From NCBI GenBank assembly GCA_944386675.1, contig CALXBY010000003.1:17689-81688 (forward strand): 64,000 bases of DNA. The letters run 5' to 3'. The translations under genes and the position numbers were made by a program. The notes below the pieces were generated by a model. The model was not told the DNA's origin, made no database searches, and worked only from the letters and a program-made list of their open reading frames with translations. The DNA comes from an uncultured Clostridia bacterium. Its GTDB lineage: Bacteria > Bacillota > Clostridia > TANB77 > CAG-508. Positions within the stretch are counted from its first letter, which is position 1, and every line of letters begins with the position of its first letter. Shown one piece after another: positions 62,903 to 64,000 of this stretch.

Positions 62903-64000
62903 TTAACTTGCTTTTTTATTTCTTAATTCATACGCATATTTTAAAGTAACTTCATTAATTTCTCCTGAAGAAATTCTTGCAATTTCTTCTATAACTTCAT
63001 TTTCTTTTAATAATTTTATTTGTGTTTTAGTTCTATCTTCTTTTACGTTTTTACTAATAAAATAGTTGTAATCTGCAATTGCTGCAATATTTGGCAAATG
63101 AGATATACACATTACCTGGTGTTTATTTGCTATTGCTTTTAATTTTGTTGCTACTGCATTTGCTGCTTTTCCACTAATTCCTGTATCAATTTCATCAAAT
63201 ACTAATACTGGTATACTATCTGTATCAGCTAATACTTTCTTTATAGCTAACATCGTTCTTGACATTTCTCCACCAGAAGCAATTTTTGATAATTCTTTTT
63301 CATCTTCTCCTAAGTTTGTTGTGATATAAAATTTAACAATATCTTTTCCTGTTTTGAAAAATTCATTTTCTATATATTCTACTTTTACATTGATTTTTGC
63401 ATTTTTCATTTCTAAATCAATTAATTCTTGATTAATGTTATCACTTAACTTACTTGCATATTGGGTTCTTATAAGATTAATCTTTTTGCCTATCATATTC
63501 ATAGATTTTTCTATCTTTTTTAGTTCTGCCTTTAATTTGTTATTATATTCTTCTAGATTTTCTATATGATTAATCTCTTCTTTTATTTGTTCATTATATG
63601 CTAATATTTCTTTTATACTATTTCCATATTTTCTTTTTAATGAATATATAATATCCAATCTTTCTTCTATTTGATTTCTTTCTTCTCCATCAAAATACAC
63701 ATCTTCTTTATAATTACTAATATCTCTTGCTAACTCTTGTAGCTCATAATATGAACTCTTTAAACTATTACTTGCTTTCTCATATTTTTTATCTATATCT
63801 TCAATCTTTTCCAATGCTCGAATTGCCATACTTAAACTATCTATTGTATTTTCTGATAACAAACTATCTGCTTCATTTAAATTTTCTACAATTTTTTCTG
63901 AATTCAAGAATAATTTTCTTTTTTCTTCTAATGCCTCTTCTTCATTTTCTTTTAATTTTGCTTCTTCGATTTCCTCTGTTTGATATCTTAATAAATCTAA
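62903..64000 (-). CDS. recN: DNA repair protein RecN, C-terminal ~365 aa (N-terminus beyond window end)
   Basis: coiled-coil region then SMC-type signature LSKIASGGEMSRTMLAIK and Walker B VLVFDEIDTGISG; open frame continues to 64000. Confidence 0.85.
   Translation of the reverse strand, partial: LDLLRYQTEEIEEAKLKENEEEALEEKRKLFLNSEKIVENLNEADSLLSENTIDSLSMAIRALEKIEDIDKKYEKASNSLKSSYYELQELARDISNYKEDVYFDGEERNQIEERLDIIYSLKRKYGNSIKEILAYNEQIKEEINHIENLEEYNNKLKAELKKIEKSMNMIGKKINLIRTQYASKLSDNINQELIDLEMKNAKINVKVEYIENEFFKTGKDIVKFYITTNLGEDEKELSKIASGGEMSRTMLAIKKVLADTDSIPVLVFDEIDTGISGKAANAVATKLKAIANKHQVMCISHLPNIAAIADYNYFISKNVKEDRTKTQIKLLKENEVIEEIARISSGEINEVTLKYAYELRNKKAS

Overview
This is an AT-rich (about 27-30% GC by eye) chromosomal segment from an anaerobic, spore-forming Firmicute that looks Clostridia-like. 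The bile-salt-hydrolase-family gene and the flavodiiron protein suggest a gut habitat. Almost everything is on the minus strand. Housekeeping and DNA-metabolism genes include whiA (partial), prmC, dprA, folD, ligA, rlmN, ychF, recA, recX-like, scpA, xerD, tsaE, a tsaB-rimI fusion, dxs, eno and recN (partial). Sporulation genes include spoIVA, spoIID, the spoIIAA-spoIIAB-sigF operon, spoIIM and ytfI/ytfJ. Accessory genes include a MarR-regulated pair of ABC exporters, a sortase with LPXTG substrates, a large pilin-like surface protein with an FGE/SUMF1-like C-terminal domain, an RtcB-like gene followed by two histidine phosphatases, and an HTH/NB-ARC/TPR STAND NTPase next to a GC-shifted orphan gene. 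I found no rRNA, tRNA or CRISPR array. The most striking feature, not explained by genes, is a set of at least three related families of short MITE/REP-like repeats that share a GGGAC(G/A) core. One family has perfect 45-bp terminal inverted repeats with TA flanks. Copies sit within 0-6 bp of gene stop codons, one truncates the tsaB-rimI fusion and supplies its stop codon, and one pair of arms brackets an entire GH13 amylase gene. Three genes appear frameshifted (a hemolysin-III family gene, the first ABC exporter, and a family-5 substrate-binding protein). All calls are from reading the sequence by eye with no database search or folding program. Coordinates of start codons and repeat boundaries are approximate to a few bases.
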